Shown one piece after another: positions 27,673 to 35,995 of a DNA stretch of 64,000 nucleotides. The stretch spans positions 186,001 to 250,000 of IMG/VR virus record IMGVR_UViG_3300017917_001996. One strand, written 5' to 3'. The position numbers and the translations under genes were made by a program. The notes under the pieces were generated by a model. That model ran no database searches. It had not been told where the DNA came from and was given only the letters and a program-made list of their open reading frames with translations. Position 1 is the stretch's first letter. The number at the start of each line of letters is the position of its first letter.

Positions 27673-28815
27673 ATGGATTTCGCAAAAATATTAGCAAAAC
27701 TAGATTCTTTCGAGTCTAAACAAAATCTCAACGAGGGTTGGGACGATATGATGAAAGCTTCTAAAGAGAAGTCTAAGGAAGCCGACAAAGAAAAAGGCAC
27801 AGGCAAGTTTGATAAAAAAGAAACTAGCACTGGTACAGTTTACACACGTAAGTCTAGCACATTCGACGATGGCGGCGACGATAAGGACGTAAAGAAAGCT
27901 AAAAAGAAAGACAAGGAAGCCAAGAAAGATAAAAAAGATGTCAGCGAGTCAATGGCTGATTTGTTGAAGACCCTTGACGCTATTGTTGAGTCCGAGAAGA
28001 AGCCCGACGAAGATGGCGACGGTGTTCCTGATTGGGCTGACAAGAAGCCAGGCAAGGACGACAACAAAGACAAAGACGAAGATGACGACAAGGACGACGA
28101 CAAGGACGATGACAAAGAAAAAGTCGACGAAAGTAAAATTGACGAAGAAGAAGTTGAAGAAGGTCCTGAGATCCTAAAACTCAAAGCAGACCAAGCAAAA
28201 GCTAAAGGTGAAAAGTCATTTAAAGTCGGTGACAAAACTTTCCCAGTTAAAGAGTCCGATGAAGAAGTCGAAGAAGGTGTCGAAGACCGATTAAAGGATC
28301 TAGATCCTAAGAACCCAGTGAACATTCCTGCTTATCAGCGTAAAGCAAAGAGCGGCGACACTGCTGCCCTAGCTAAAGCTGCCACACCACCAAAGTCGTT
28401 GCAAGAGTGCTACGATCAAGCTATGATGGGCCAAGACGAGTCTGGCATGAACATTAGCAGCAACATGGATACTAAAACTGGCAGCAAGAGCTTGACTGTT
28501 AGCGCACGTGGCCAAGCTGCTGAAGAACTAGCACAGATTCTAAAACTATCTGGCCTAGTAGGTGGTGGTTCACATGCCGAAGAACCTGAAATGCATGTAG
28601 TAGCACAGGAAGAGTATGCTAACGAACCAAATCCAGTTGTACAAGGTATGGACGTACAAATGCAACAAGGCAACGACCTAAATCGTCCAAAGGGCACATA
28701 TCCTAAGGTTGCTGGTGGTGACAACCCAATGCAAGCAATGATGGAAGACAAGGAACTAATGATCCTTGAGGCTCGTTTAATGCAAGAACTTGAAAGCATT
28801 AAAGTTAAGAAATGA
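27673..28815 (+). CDS. Highly charged low-complexity protein, prohead core/scaffold-like
   Basis: D/K/E-rich tracts with repeated (L/V/I)-x-E-(S/G) motifs: LNEG, VSES, IVES, VDES, VEEG, VKES. Confidence 0.55.
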   Translation: MDFAKILAKLDSFESKQNLNEGWDDMMKASKEKSKEADKEKGTGKFDKKETSTGTVYTRKSSTFDDGGDDKDVKKAKKKDKEAKKDKKDVSESMADLLKTLDAIVESEKKPDEDGDGVPDWADKKPGKDDNKDKDEDDDKDDDKDDDKEKVDESKIDEEEVEEGPEILKLKADQAKAKGEKSFKVGDKTFPVKESDEEVEEGVEDRLKDLDPKNPVNIPAYQRKAKSGDTAALAKAATPPKSLQECYDQAMMGQDESGMNISSNMDTKTGSKSLTVSARGQAAEELAQILKLSGLVGGGSHAEEPEMHVVAQEEYANEPNPVVQGMDVQMQQGNDLNRPKGTYPKVAGGDNPMQAMMEDKELMILEARLMQELESIKVKK

Positions 28816-29030
28816 AATCTTTCAAGCAATACTTGGCTGAAGCAGAAATGCTCAGCCAAGTAAATGAAAACAGTAATCTGCCTGTTGCCAATGATAGCAC
28901 TAGTCCTATAAATGGTAGCAAGGTAGATTACGAGTTTGCAAATAAACTCAGACGTAACCCTCCAAAACCTAAACCACATGAAAGAATACAGAGTCCGGGC
29001 AAACCACTTTTCCCAACCAGAAATTCCTGA
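28812..29030 (+). CDS. Small probable internal head protein (leader MKSFKQYLAE)
   Basis: Close match to the T4 capsid-targeting sequence MKTYQEFIAE. Confidence 0.65.
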   Translation: MKSFKQYLAEAEMLSQVNENSNLPVANDSTSPINGSKVDYEFANKLRRNPPKPKPHERIQSPGKPLFPTRNS

Positions 29031-29262
29031 TGCTGTTATGGACAATCAGGACCTTGCAAATCTGCAAAGGTTAGCTGGTATACAGACCATTGGTGTTGGC
29101 AAACTTGCCGAAGGCAGTAACATATCAGTAACTGGTAACGAGAAAGGCGAGTTAATGAAGAAACACAATATTAAACCAGGAACCCCAGAATGGTTCCAAC
29201 TTTGGTTTACACTGCCATATCTGACAAACACTTCTCCATTGGACCCAAAATTTAATAGATAA
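28978..29262 (+). CDS. Hypothetical protein with LQRLAG motif
   Basis: ATG 28978 in the ORF-track frame; shares the LxRLAG motif with 32791. Confidence 0.55.
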   Translation: MKEYRVRANHFSQPEIPDAVMDNQDLANLQRLAGIQTIGVGKLAEGSNISVTGNEKGELMKKHNIKPGTPEWFQLWFTLPYLTNTSPLDPKFNR

Positions 29263-29293
29263 TTTTTTTACCTTACTGGTGATAAATAAACAT

Positions 29294-30060
29294 ATGAATA
29301 ATTACTATGTTTATGCTTATCTCAGAGAAGATGGAACTCCTTACTATATTGGTAAAGGCAATAAAAATCGAGCATGGACTAAAGGTAAAGGGGAAATAGG
29401 AAAACCTAAGGACCTTAACAGAATAATAATTGTCGAAAAGAATTTAACACTAACTGGTAGTTTAGCAATCGAAAGAAGATTAATCAGATGGTATGGTAGA
29501 AAAGATATAGGAACTGGAATACTTCGAAACCGAACCGACGGTGGTGATGGAGGAAAAGGCGCTAATGCCGGCAATAAATTATCAGAAAAAATAAAAAGAA
29601 AATATCATTGTCACACAAAGGCAAAAAGAGAACCCCTATGTCTGAAGAATCAAAAAAGAAACTTTCAGAATCATTAAAGGGCAAAAACCTTGGAAAACAA
29701 AGATCAATTGAAACAAAACTTAAAATGTCTCTAACTCTCAAAGGAAGAAAAAGAGAACCGATGTCGGAAGAGACAAAGAAAAAATTAAGTGAGGCAAATT
29801 TGGGTAAACATATAGAACCATTTACAGAAGAGCATAAACAAAAAATATCAAATGCTCTTAAAGGAAAGCCTAAAAAACGAGAATCTGTAGAAAAACAAAG
29901 ACAAAAAATAATCGGAAGAAAACCAAGTATAAGCGAAAGAGAAGCATATTTAAATGCTTTAGAAAAAGGAAAAACTGTGTGCGAACACTGTAAAAAGATT
30001 TTTACATTGGGTAACTATCGTAGATGGCACGGTGACAAATGTAAGTTAAATCAAATTTAA
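29294..30060 (+). pseudogene. GIY-YIG homing endonuclease with NUMOD3 repeats, broken by a 1-nt frameshift near 29590
   Basis: YYVYAY...PYYIGKG...IERRLI...LRNRTDGG in one frame; NUMOD3 repeats (PMSEExKKKLSE) and CEHC...RWHGDKCK in the -1 frame; late promoter GATAAATA at 29281. Confidence 0.75.
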
Positions 30061-30086
30061 TATGTACCAGGATAAGTACATATATT

Positions 30087-31001
30087 ATGAGCGCTGAAAA
30101 TTCTCTAATTAAAAGACCGTATTCATCAGAATCCTATTCTCTCGAACAGTTACAGGAATTTGCTCGATGTGCTGACCCAATCAACGGGCCCAGGCATTTC
30201 ATGAGTAATTACTTTTATATACAGCATCCTATCAAGGGCAGAATGAACTATGTGCCCTTTGAATATCAAGATAGACTAATTGAAACATATCATAATTATA
30301 GATTCAGTATTAGTCTAATGCCTCGACAAACAGGCAAGACAACCAGCGCCGCAGGATATTTATTGTGGTATGCAATGTTTAATCCTGATAGTACTATTCT
30401 TATTGCTGCACACAAATACACAGGCGCTCAGGAAATTATGCAGCGTATTCGTTATGCTTATGAATTGTGTCCTGACTTTATTCGTGCAGGTTGTACCAGT
30501 TATAACAAGGGCAGTATTGAATTTGAAAATGGGTCGCGTATTGTGTCGCAGACAACCACAGAAACAACAGGTCGTGGTATGTCTATTACACTCCTATACT
30601 GTGACGAGTTTGCATTCGTAAGACCTACCATTGCTACAGAATTCTGGACTTCAATTTCGCCTACACTAAGCACTGGTGGTAAGGCTATTATTACTAGTAC
30701 CCCTAACAGTGACGAAGATCAATTTGCCTTGATCTGGAAAGGCAGTCAAAAGTGTATCGACGAGTTTGGCAATAAAACTGAACTTGGTGTAAATGGGTTT
30801 AAAGGTTACCAAGCCAATTGGTGGGAGCATCCTGACCGTGACGAAAAGTGGAAAGCTGAAGAAATAGGTCGTATTGGCGAAGAACGTTTTCGACGTGAGC
30901 ACGGGTGTTTATGTGGTTCATCTCTTATTAAAATAAAACATCCTAATGGTCTAATAGAAGAAGTTACTATAAATGCTTTAAAGTCTCTATTAAGTTCGTA
31001 A
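30087..31001 (+). CDS. terL: Terminase large subunit, N-terminal ATPase half fused to a 31-aa intein N-fragment
   Basis: Walker A MPRQTGKTT, Walker B LLYCDEFAF, ITSTPN; ends RFRREHG|CLCGSSLIKI...SS*. Confidence 0.93.
   Translation: MSAENSLIKRPYSSESYSLEQLQEFARCADPINGPRHFMSNYFYIQHPIKGRMNYVPFEYQDRLIETYHNYRFSISLMPRQTGKTTSAAGYLLWYAMFNPDSTILIAAHKYTGAQEIMQRIRYAYELCPDFIRAGCTSYNKGSIEFENGSRIVSQTTTETTGRGMSITLLYCDEFAFVRPTIATEFWTSISPTLSTGGKAIITSTPNSDEDQFALIWKGSQKCIDEFGNKTELGVNGFKGYQANWWEHPDRDEKWKAEEIGRIGEERFRREHGCLCGSSLIKIKHPNGLIEEVTINALKSLLSS
30906..31001 (+). mobile_element. Split intein N-fragment (31 aa)
   Basis: Starts with Cys1 at the conserved REHG|C site; intein block A-like CLCGSSLIKI; ends in a stop codon. 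Confidence 0.85.
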
Positions 31002-31016
31002 TTTTTGATGAAACGG

Positions 31017-31024
31017 TATAAATA
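31017..31024 (+). promoter_or_regulatory. T4 late promoter TATAAATA
   Basis: Exact consensus, 5 nt before ATG 31030; would drive the HNH gene and the IntC-TerL(C) gene. Confidence 0.75.
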
Positions 31025-31029
31025 ATAAT

Positions 31030-31713
31030 ATGAGAAAGCATAAACATCATATTATTCCTAAGCATGCCGGTGGAACCAATGATCCATCAAATCTAATAGA
31101 ATTGACTATAGAGGAACATGCAGAAGCTCATCGTTTGTTATATGAAACTTACGGTAGGTGGCAAGATCGTGTAGCCTGGCTAAGTTTGTCTGGCATAATG
31201 ACAAACCAAGAAAGGATATATGAGATTTTAAAAAATTCAAATCCCGGCGGGTATAAGCATTCTGAAGAAATAAAAAAACAACTTTCTGAAATGCGTAAAG
31301 GTAATAAAAATCCAATGTTTGGAAAAGTTGCTGCTAATAGTGGAATTAAACGACCTGGTATCGGTGGCCGGAAAAAAGGGTCAGGATGGTCTGACGCAGA
31401 AAGATTAAAACAATTAGAAGTTCGATCTCAACCGGGTTATTATGATTTTACTAAAGATCCGGAGAGGAATAAAAAAATAAGTCAGGCAACTAAAGGTAGA
31501 AAAGGTTCGGCATTAGGAAAAAAATGGTTTCATAATAACGAAATTGAAACATATTCATTTAGTTGTCCTATAGGCTTTATACCTGGTAGGTTACCTGGCA
31601 GAAAATCAAACAAGGAAGGACTGCTCTGGTACAATAACGGAATTGTTAATAAGCAATTTAAAGAAGGACAACAAGTAGAAGGATTTACTCGTGGAAGAAT
31701 TAATAAAAAATAA
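31030..31713 (+). CDS. Free-standing HNH homing endonuclease with NUMOD3 and two C-terminal W-x-N-N..G..(R/P)GR repeats
   Basis: HKHHIIPKHAGGTNDPSNLIELTIEEHAEAH; HSEEIKKQLSE..KGNKNPMFGK. Confidence 0.85.
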   Translation: MRKHKHHIIPKHAGGTNDPSNLIELTIEEHAEAHRLLYETYGRWQDRVAWLSLSGIMTNQERIYEILKNSNPGGYKHSEEIKKQLSEMRKGNKNPMFGKVAANSGIKRPGIGGRKKGSGWSDAERLKQLEVRSQPGYYDFTKDPERNKKISQATKGRKGSALGKKWFHNNEIETYSFSCPIGFIPGRLPGRKSNKEGLLWYNNGIVNKQFKEGQQVEGFTRGRINKK

Positions 31714-32023
31714 CATCGGCCTGCAAATTTTAACAGACACAGGCTGGTCTGATTTTTCAGGACTTCTAGTAAGGGGCAGAAAGAAAACGGTACAAATACA
31801 AACGACAAATAAAAATGTTATATGTACTCTAGATCATAAATTTTTTAAACCTGATTTTACATTTGTTGAAGCACAACAATTAAGACCTCGACAAAAAATT
31901 CTAACAATTAATGGAACAGAACAAGTAGTATCAATTAAGATTCTTGACGAAAGAGAAGTATACGACTTATTTCATGTCTCGAAAAATTATAGATTTTATG
32001 CAAACGGTATACTTGCTAAAAAT
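31691..32023 (+). mobile_element. Split intein C-fragment (111 aa)
   Basis: TxxH at residues 46-49; terminal Asn111 followed by +1 Cys at 32024. Confidence 0.85.
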
Positions 32024-32758
32024 TGCGAATTCTTAATTTTCGACGAAACACTGATCAATGCTTCTACCTTATTAGAAATGCAGGGCACAGACCCAATCGA
32101 AAAACAAGGACAAGTACGCTGGTATCATAAACCCAAACGTGGAAGTACCTATGTGGTTGCCTTAGATCCAAGTCTTGGTACAGGTGGCGATGCTGCTGCT
32201 ATACAAGTTGTTGAACTGCCAGCATGTAAGCAAGTTGCCGAGTGGCAACACAATAAAACAGATATACGTGGGCAAATTCGAGTACTTAAAGAAATCTGTA
32301 ATTATCTTTACGAAGAAATTGGAACACAAAACGACATCTACTACAGTGTTGAGAACAACACCTTAGGAGAAGCTGCCCTAATTGCTATCAGTGAAGTTGG
32401 AGAAGAAAACATACGTGGATCTTTTGCCAGTGAACCGCGTAATGGTCAGTCTCGTAAATATAGAAGAGGTTTTACAACTACAAACAAATCAAAACTAGCA
32501 GCCTGTGCTAAGTTAAAGAGCTTGATAGAAAGCAAGAAGATGACTATATCTAGCTCTAATTTAATTTCGGAACTTAAGAACTTTGTATCTCACGGCAGCT
32601 CGTTTGAAGCTAAAATTGGCGAAACTGACGACCTAGTAATGGCAATGATCCTGGTTATCCGTGTGATACAGTATCTACAGAGCTTTGATCCCACTCTAGA
32701 CAGTTATGTTAAGGATCACGACGAGTTCATAGAACCCATGCCCTTTATTTTGATGTAA
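31691..32758 (+). CDS. terL: Intein C-fragment (111 aa) fused to the terminase large subunit C-terminal nuclease half
   Basis: GTG start with AAGGA SD; CTLDH (block B), VYDL and YANGILAKN|CEFL (blocks F/G); RNase H-like nuclease motifs VALDPS, VENN, TDDLVMA. Confidence 0.9.
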   Translation: MEELIKNNIGLQILTDTGWSDFSGLLVRGRKKTVQIQTTNKNVICTLDHKFFKPDFTFVEAQQLRPRQKILTINGTEQVVSIKILDEREVYDLFHVSKNYRFYANGILAKNCEFLIFDETLINASTLLEMQGTDPIEKQGQVRWYHKPKRGSTYVVALDPSLGTGGDAAAIQVVELPACKQVAEWQHNKTDIRGQIRVLKEICNYLYEEIGTQNDIYYSVENNTLGEAALIAISEVGEENIRGSFASEPRNGQSRKYRRGFTTTNKSKLAACAKLKSLIESKKMTISSSNLISELKNFVSHGSSFEAKIGETDDLVMAMILVIRVIQYLQSFDPTLDSYVKDHDEFIEPMPFILM

Positions 32759-32790
32759 CTAAATATAGTATTAGGACTCAAGGTCGGAAT

Positions 32791-34206
32791 ATGAAAAATA
32801 TTGAAAAAATAGCTGAGGAACTGTTTGACAAGATCCGTAGTAGATTTGAAAAGATCACCATTGGTAACGAAGAAGCCAATGAAACTGATGATCCTGCTCA
32901 GGCACGTTTCTTTAATTTTGATTATGTTGACAGGAATGGAAAAAACTACGGCAACATCATGATTAATATCGTTGATGAAGAAAGTTTAAAAATTTACTTC
33001 AGCAAAAACATCAGCGACGAGTTAAGCGAAGAAGAACAACAGGAATGGTACAACTTTCTTAAAGATCTAAGATATTTTGCCAAGCGTAATTTGCTAACAT
33101 TCGATACCAGAGATATTAGCAGAAACAATTTAACTATAAGAGATGTAAAACAAGTAGCCAAAGATACATCAGTTGTGGATTCATCTGCGGCACCTACCAA
33201 TACTGCTACTTCAGTTAACGAAAGCAAGTTATATGGTAGCACAAGAACCAGTATCCAAGAGTTTGGCCCTGTACGTTTAATCATTCGTCACAACGAAGCA
33301 GTTAACGAAGAAATTCCTGGGGCACGTAGCCGCAAGATCCGTGCCTTGTTCATTGAGACAGATCAGGGCGAACGTTTCCGTATGCCGTTTACTAAACTAA
33401 GTGCGGGTCGTGCCATGGCACAACACCTAGCACACGGTGGACAAGTTCATGACGAAGCTGGACATCACATTGTGGAGATGGTCGAAGAAATGAATAGTCT
33501 AGCATTCTTTGCTCGTAACACAAGACATAGGATGTTCGAAGAATCTGAAACACAAGCCATGGTTGAAGCCGCAGTTGAACGTTATCAAACACTACGTTCA
33601 AATCTAAAGCACATGGGCGGCACTCGTGGTTATCAAAACTTTGCTGAAAATTTTGTACCAAATACTCCAGTTGACGAAGAATTTGATTTAGATGCACTTA
33701 AAGAACGTTTTGTTAAAAAGATGTTTGATGAGAGATTAACACAGGCATTACCTTATGTACAACGAGCATATCAGCAAAGACAAGCTGAATCTAATGATCG
33801 ATATGTTAACGAATTTGATACATGGGCCGACGATTTGGTGCAAGAGCAAGACGATGCAGAAACGCAAAATATAATGAAACTTGCCGATGTTATGCAGTCG
33901 CCTATTGCGGTAGGCATTGATGGTATTGATGCAATTAATGCCATCAAAGATTACGTATCCGATGACCAACTCTTTTCGGATATTACAGAACTAAGTCGTA
34001 ATGCTGGAATTGAAGCAGATGCTCGTCCACTAATTAACCAATGGGCAATGGACCAAGGCCATTCGGCATTGTACACCTCGGAACCAACTATTCCGACACA
34101 AGAACCTCCTGTACAAGATGACGATCAGCCGATAGCACCAAAACCGGAAGCAGATATTACAGAATCCGGTTTGCGGATGTTAAAAAGGCTAGCAGGACTA
34201 GCATAA
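32791..34206 (+). CDS. Hypothetical late protein (471 aa), possibly head-associated
   Basis: Late promoter CTAAATA at 32759; VNES and ITES motifs; C-terminal LKRLAGLA. Confidence 0.7.
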   Translation: MKNIEKIAEELFDKIRSRFEKITIGNEEANETDDPAQARFFNFDYVDRNGKNYGNIMINIVDEESLKIYFSKNISDELSEEEQQEWYNFLKDLRYFAKRNLLTFDTRDISRNNLTIRDVKQVAKDTSVVDSSAAPTNTATSVNESKLYGSTRTSIQEFGPVRLIIRHNEAVNEEIPGARSRKIRALFIETDQGERFRMPFTKLSAGRAMAQHLAHGGQVHDEAGHHIVEMVEEMNSLAFFARNTRHRMFEESETQAMVEAAVERYQTLRSNLKHMGGTRGYQNFAENFVPNTPVDEEFDLDALKERFVKKMFDERLTQALPYVQRAYQQRQAESNDRYVNEFDTWADDLVQEQDDAETQNIMKLADVMQSPIAVGIDGIDAINAIKDYVSDDQLFSDITELSRNAGIEADARPLINQWAMDQGHSALYTSEPTIPTQEPPVQDDDQPIAPKPEADITESGLRMLKRLAGLA

Positions 34207-34208
34207 TA

Positions 34209-34235
34209 AAAAGGCAGATCAATTCTGCCTTTTTT
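34209..34235 (+). terminator. Terminator hairpin, copy 1 of a direct repeat
   Basis: AAAAGGCAGA-TCAAT-TCTGCCTTTTTT. Confidence 0.8.
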
Positions 34236-34236
34236 C

Positions 34237-34265
34237 TTGCGTAATCAAAAAACATATTCTATAAT
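34237..34265 (+). promoter_or_regulatory. sigma70-type promoter for the OMP gene
   Basis: TTGCGT-N17-TATAAT. Confidence 0.7.
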
Positions 34266-34301
34266 AGTCGGAGTCTATGACTATTTAGAAGGAAATAAAA
34301 T

Positions 34302-34754
34302 ATGAAGAAAATCGCAATCGCATCTGTAATCGCTTTGGCTGCTACCGCAGCATCTGCATTAGAAGTTGGCACATCTGTCACTCGTGACTACTCTGGCGCA
34401 GAAAACCGTAATGGTGGCGGTATTAACCTAACTCAGCGTTATGGTGCAGTTGGCGTTACAGCCGGCTTTGATCGCTTTACAAAAGGCGAAAATGACCAAG
34501 ATCGTTACAGCGTTGTCGCTGGCTATGATGTTGCTAAGGTTGGCTCATTCACAGTGACTCCTAAGTTAGGTGTTGCGTATTTGAACAACCAAGTTGGTGA
34601 AAACGGCTATGCAATGACCGCAGGTGTTGGTGTTTCTACACCTATTACTAAACGAGTCACCCTAGGGCTAGACCTAGCAAGTCAACGTGGCCAAGACCGC
34701 GTTAAAGCCAGTGATGGCAACACTGTAGCAGTTGGCCTAAGCTATAAGTTCTAA
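34302..34754 (+). CDS. Outer-membrane beta-barrel protein (OmpA/OmpX/Ail-like, about 8 strands) with a signal peptide
   Basis: MKKIAIASVIALAATAASA| Sec signal; alternating amphipathic strands; C-terminal VGLSYKF BAM signal. Confidence 0.85.
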   Translation: MKKIAIASVIALAATAASALEVGTSVTRDYSGAENRNGGGINLTQRYGAVGVTAGFDRFTKGENDQDRYSVVAGYDVAKVGSFTVTPKLGVAYLNNQVGENGYAMTAGVGVSTPITKRVTLGLDLASQRGQDRVKASDGNTVAVGLSYKF

Positions 34755-34775
34755 TTTGAAAATTAGACTTAACCT

Positions 34776-34801
34776 AAAAGGCAGATTTATTCTGCCTTTT
34801 T
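34776..34801 (+). terminator. Terminator hairpin, copy 2 of the direct repeat
   Basis: AAAAGGCAGA-TTTAT-TCTGCCTTTTT. Confidence 0.8.
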
Positions 34802-34803
34802 CT

Positions 34804-34833
34804 TTGACATTGATAAATACTATATCATATACT
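34804..34833 (+). promoter_or_regulatory. Nested sigma70-type (TTGACA-N18-TATACT) and late-type (GATAAATA) promoters for the SSB gene
   Basis: Both motifs visible; GATAAATA at 34812-34819. Confidence 0.6.
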
Positions 34834-34900
34834 AATGCTTGTGCATTATTGTATGATTAGGCACTTTGTAAGACCATCTTAATTTTAAGGAGAAAACATT

Positions 34901-35932
34901 ATGGCAACATCATTGGCAGAAATTCGCGCTCGATTACAAGCGGCTGAGAACCGTGGCTCAACTGGTTCAACTATGAATGGCGAGTCAGCCATTTACGCAC
35001 ACTGGAACATTGCGGAAGGTACCAGTGCAAAAGTTCGATTCCTTCCTGACGCAGATACTAATAACACCTTCTTCTGGGTCGAACGAGCAATGATCAAGCT
35101 CCCATTTAGCGGAGTAAAGGGACAAGTAGATAGCAGACCAGTTGTTGTACAAGTTCCTTGTATGGAAATGTATGGTAAAGATGTTCCGTGTCCAATCCTT
35201 ACTGAAGTCCGTACTTGGTTTAAGGATCCATCACTGGAAGATATGGGTCGCAAGTACTGGAAAAAGAAGTCGTATCTCTTTCAAGGTTTTGTTCGAGAAA
35301 ATCCGCTGGCAGACGATAAAGCACCTGAAAACCCAATTCGTAGATTCATTATTAGTCCACAGATTTTTAATCTCATTAAGGCTGCGCTTATGGATCCTGA
35401 ACTTGAGAATCTTCCGACTGACTATGATGCTGGTTTGGATTTCACTATTACTAAGACTAGCAAGGGTGGGTACAGTGACTACAACACCAGCAAGTGGGCA
35501 AGAAAAGAAACAGCCCTAACATCCACAGAACAAGCTGCTATCGAGAATTACGGTTTGTTTGATCTATCCAGCTTCCTACCTAAGAAGCCTGGCGATGTTG
35601 AACTTAAGGTTATCAAGGAAATGTTTGAGGCCAGCGTTAACGGCGAAGAATACGATCCTGAGCGCTGGGGTCAATACTTCAAGCCAAGTGGTATGAACAT
35701 CGGTGGCAATGCGGCTGTACCAGCATCTGATGTAGATGCCGCAGAAGCAAGTTTTAAAGCCCCTACTACACCGGCACCAACAGCCGCAGCACCTGCTGAA
35801 TCGGCTAGTTCTCCCTGGGAAGACGATGCTGCTGAAGCAGCCGAAGCACCTGTTGTTACACCTAGTGCTAACAAAACATCAAGCCAACGTGCCGAAGACA
35901 TCTTGGCAATGATCCGTAATCGTCAGAAGTAA
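34901..35932 (+). CDS. gp32: Single-stranded DNA-binding protein (T4 gp32-like)
   Basis: AKVRFLP...CMEMYG..CP...YWKKKSY...NLPTDY..G.DF...K...GYSDYNTSKW; acidic C-terminal tail. Confidence 0.88.
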   Translation: MATSLAEIRARLQAAENRGSTGSTMNGESAIYAHWNIAEGTSAKVRFLPDADTNNTFFWVERAMIKLPFSGVKGQVDSRPVVVQVPCMEMYGKDVPCPILTEVRTWFKDPSLEDMGRKYWKKKSYLFQGFVRENPLADDKAPENPIRRFIISPQIFNLIKAALMDPELENLPTDYDAGLDFTITKTSKGGYSDYNTSKWARKETALTSTEQAAIENYGLFDLSSFLPKKPGDVELKVIKEMFEASVNGEEYDPERWGQYFKPSGMNIGGNAAVPASDVDAAEASFKAPTTPAPTAAAPAESASSPWEDDAAEAAEAPVVTPSANKTSSQRAEDILAMIRNRQK

Positions 35933-35945
35933 AATGTAAACTGAG

Positions 35946-35980
35946 AACCCTGCCGGTGCAACACCGGTGGGTTTCTTTCT
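35946..35980 (+). terminator. Probable terminator hairpin
   Basis: AACCC-T-GCCGGTG-CAA-CACCGGT-GGGTT followed by a T-rich tail. Confidence 0.6.
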
Positions 35981-35995
35981 ATAAGGGGAATATCA

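Noticed and set aside
29608-30060. Independent NUMOD3 gene starting at TTG 29608
   Set aside because: It continues the GIY-YIG protein once a 1-nt frameshift is corrected; treated as one broken gene.
31002-31713. Group I intron carrying the HNH gene and restoring a contiguous intein
   Set aside because: Only 28 nt separate the IntN stop from the HNH start, and the HNH end overlaps the IntC start, leaving no room for a ribozyme core. IntC has its own SD and start codon.
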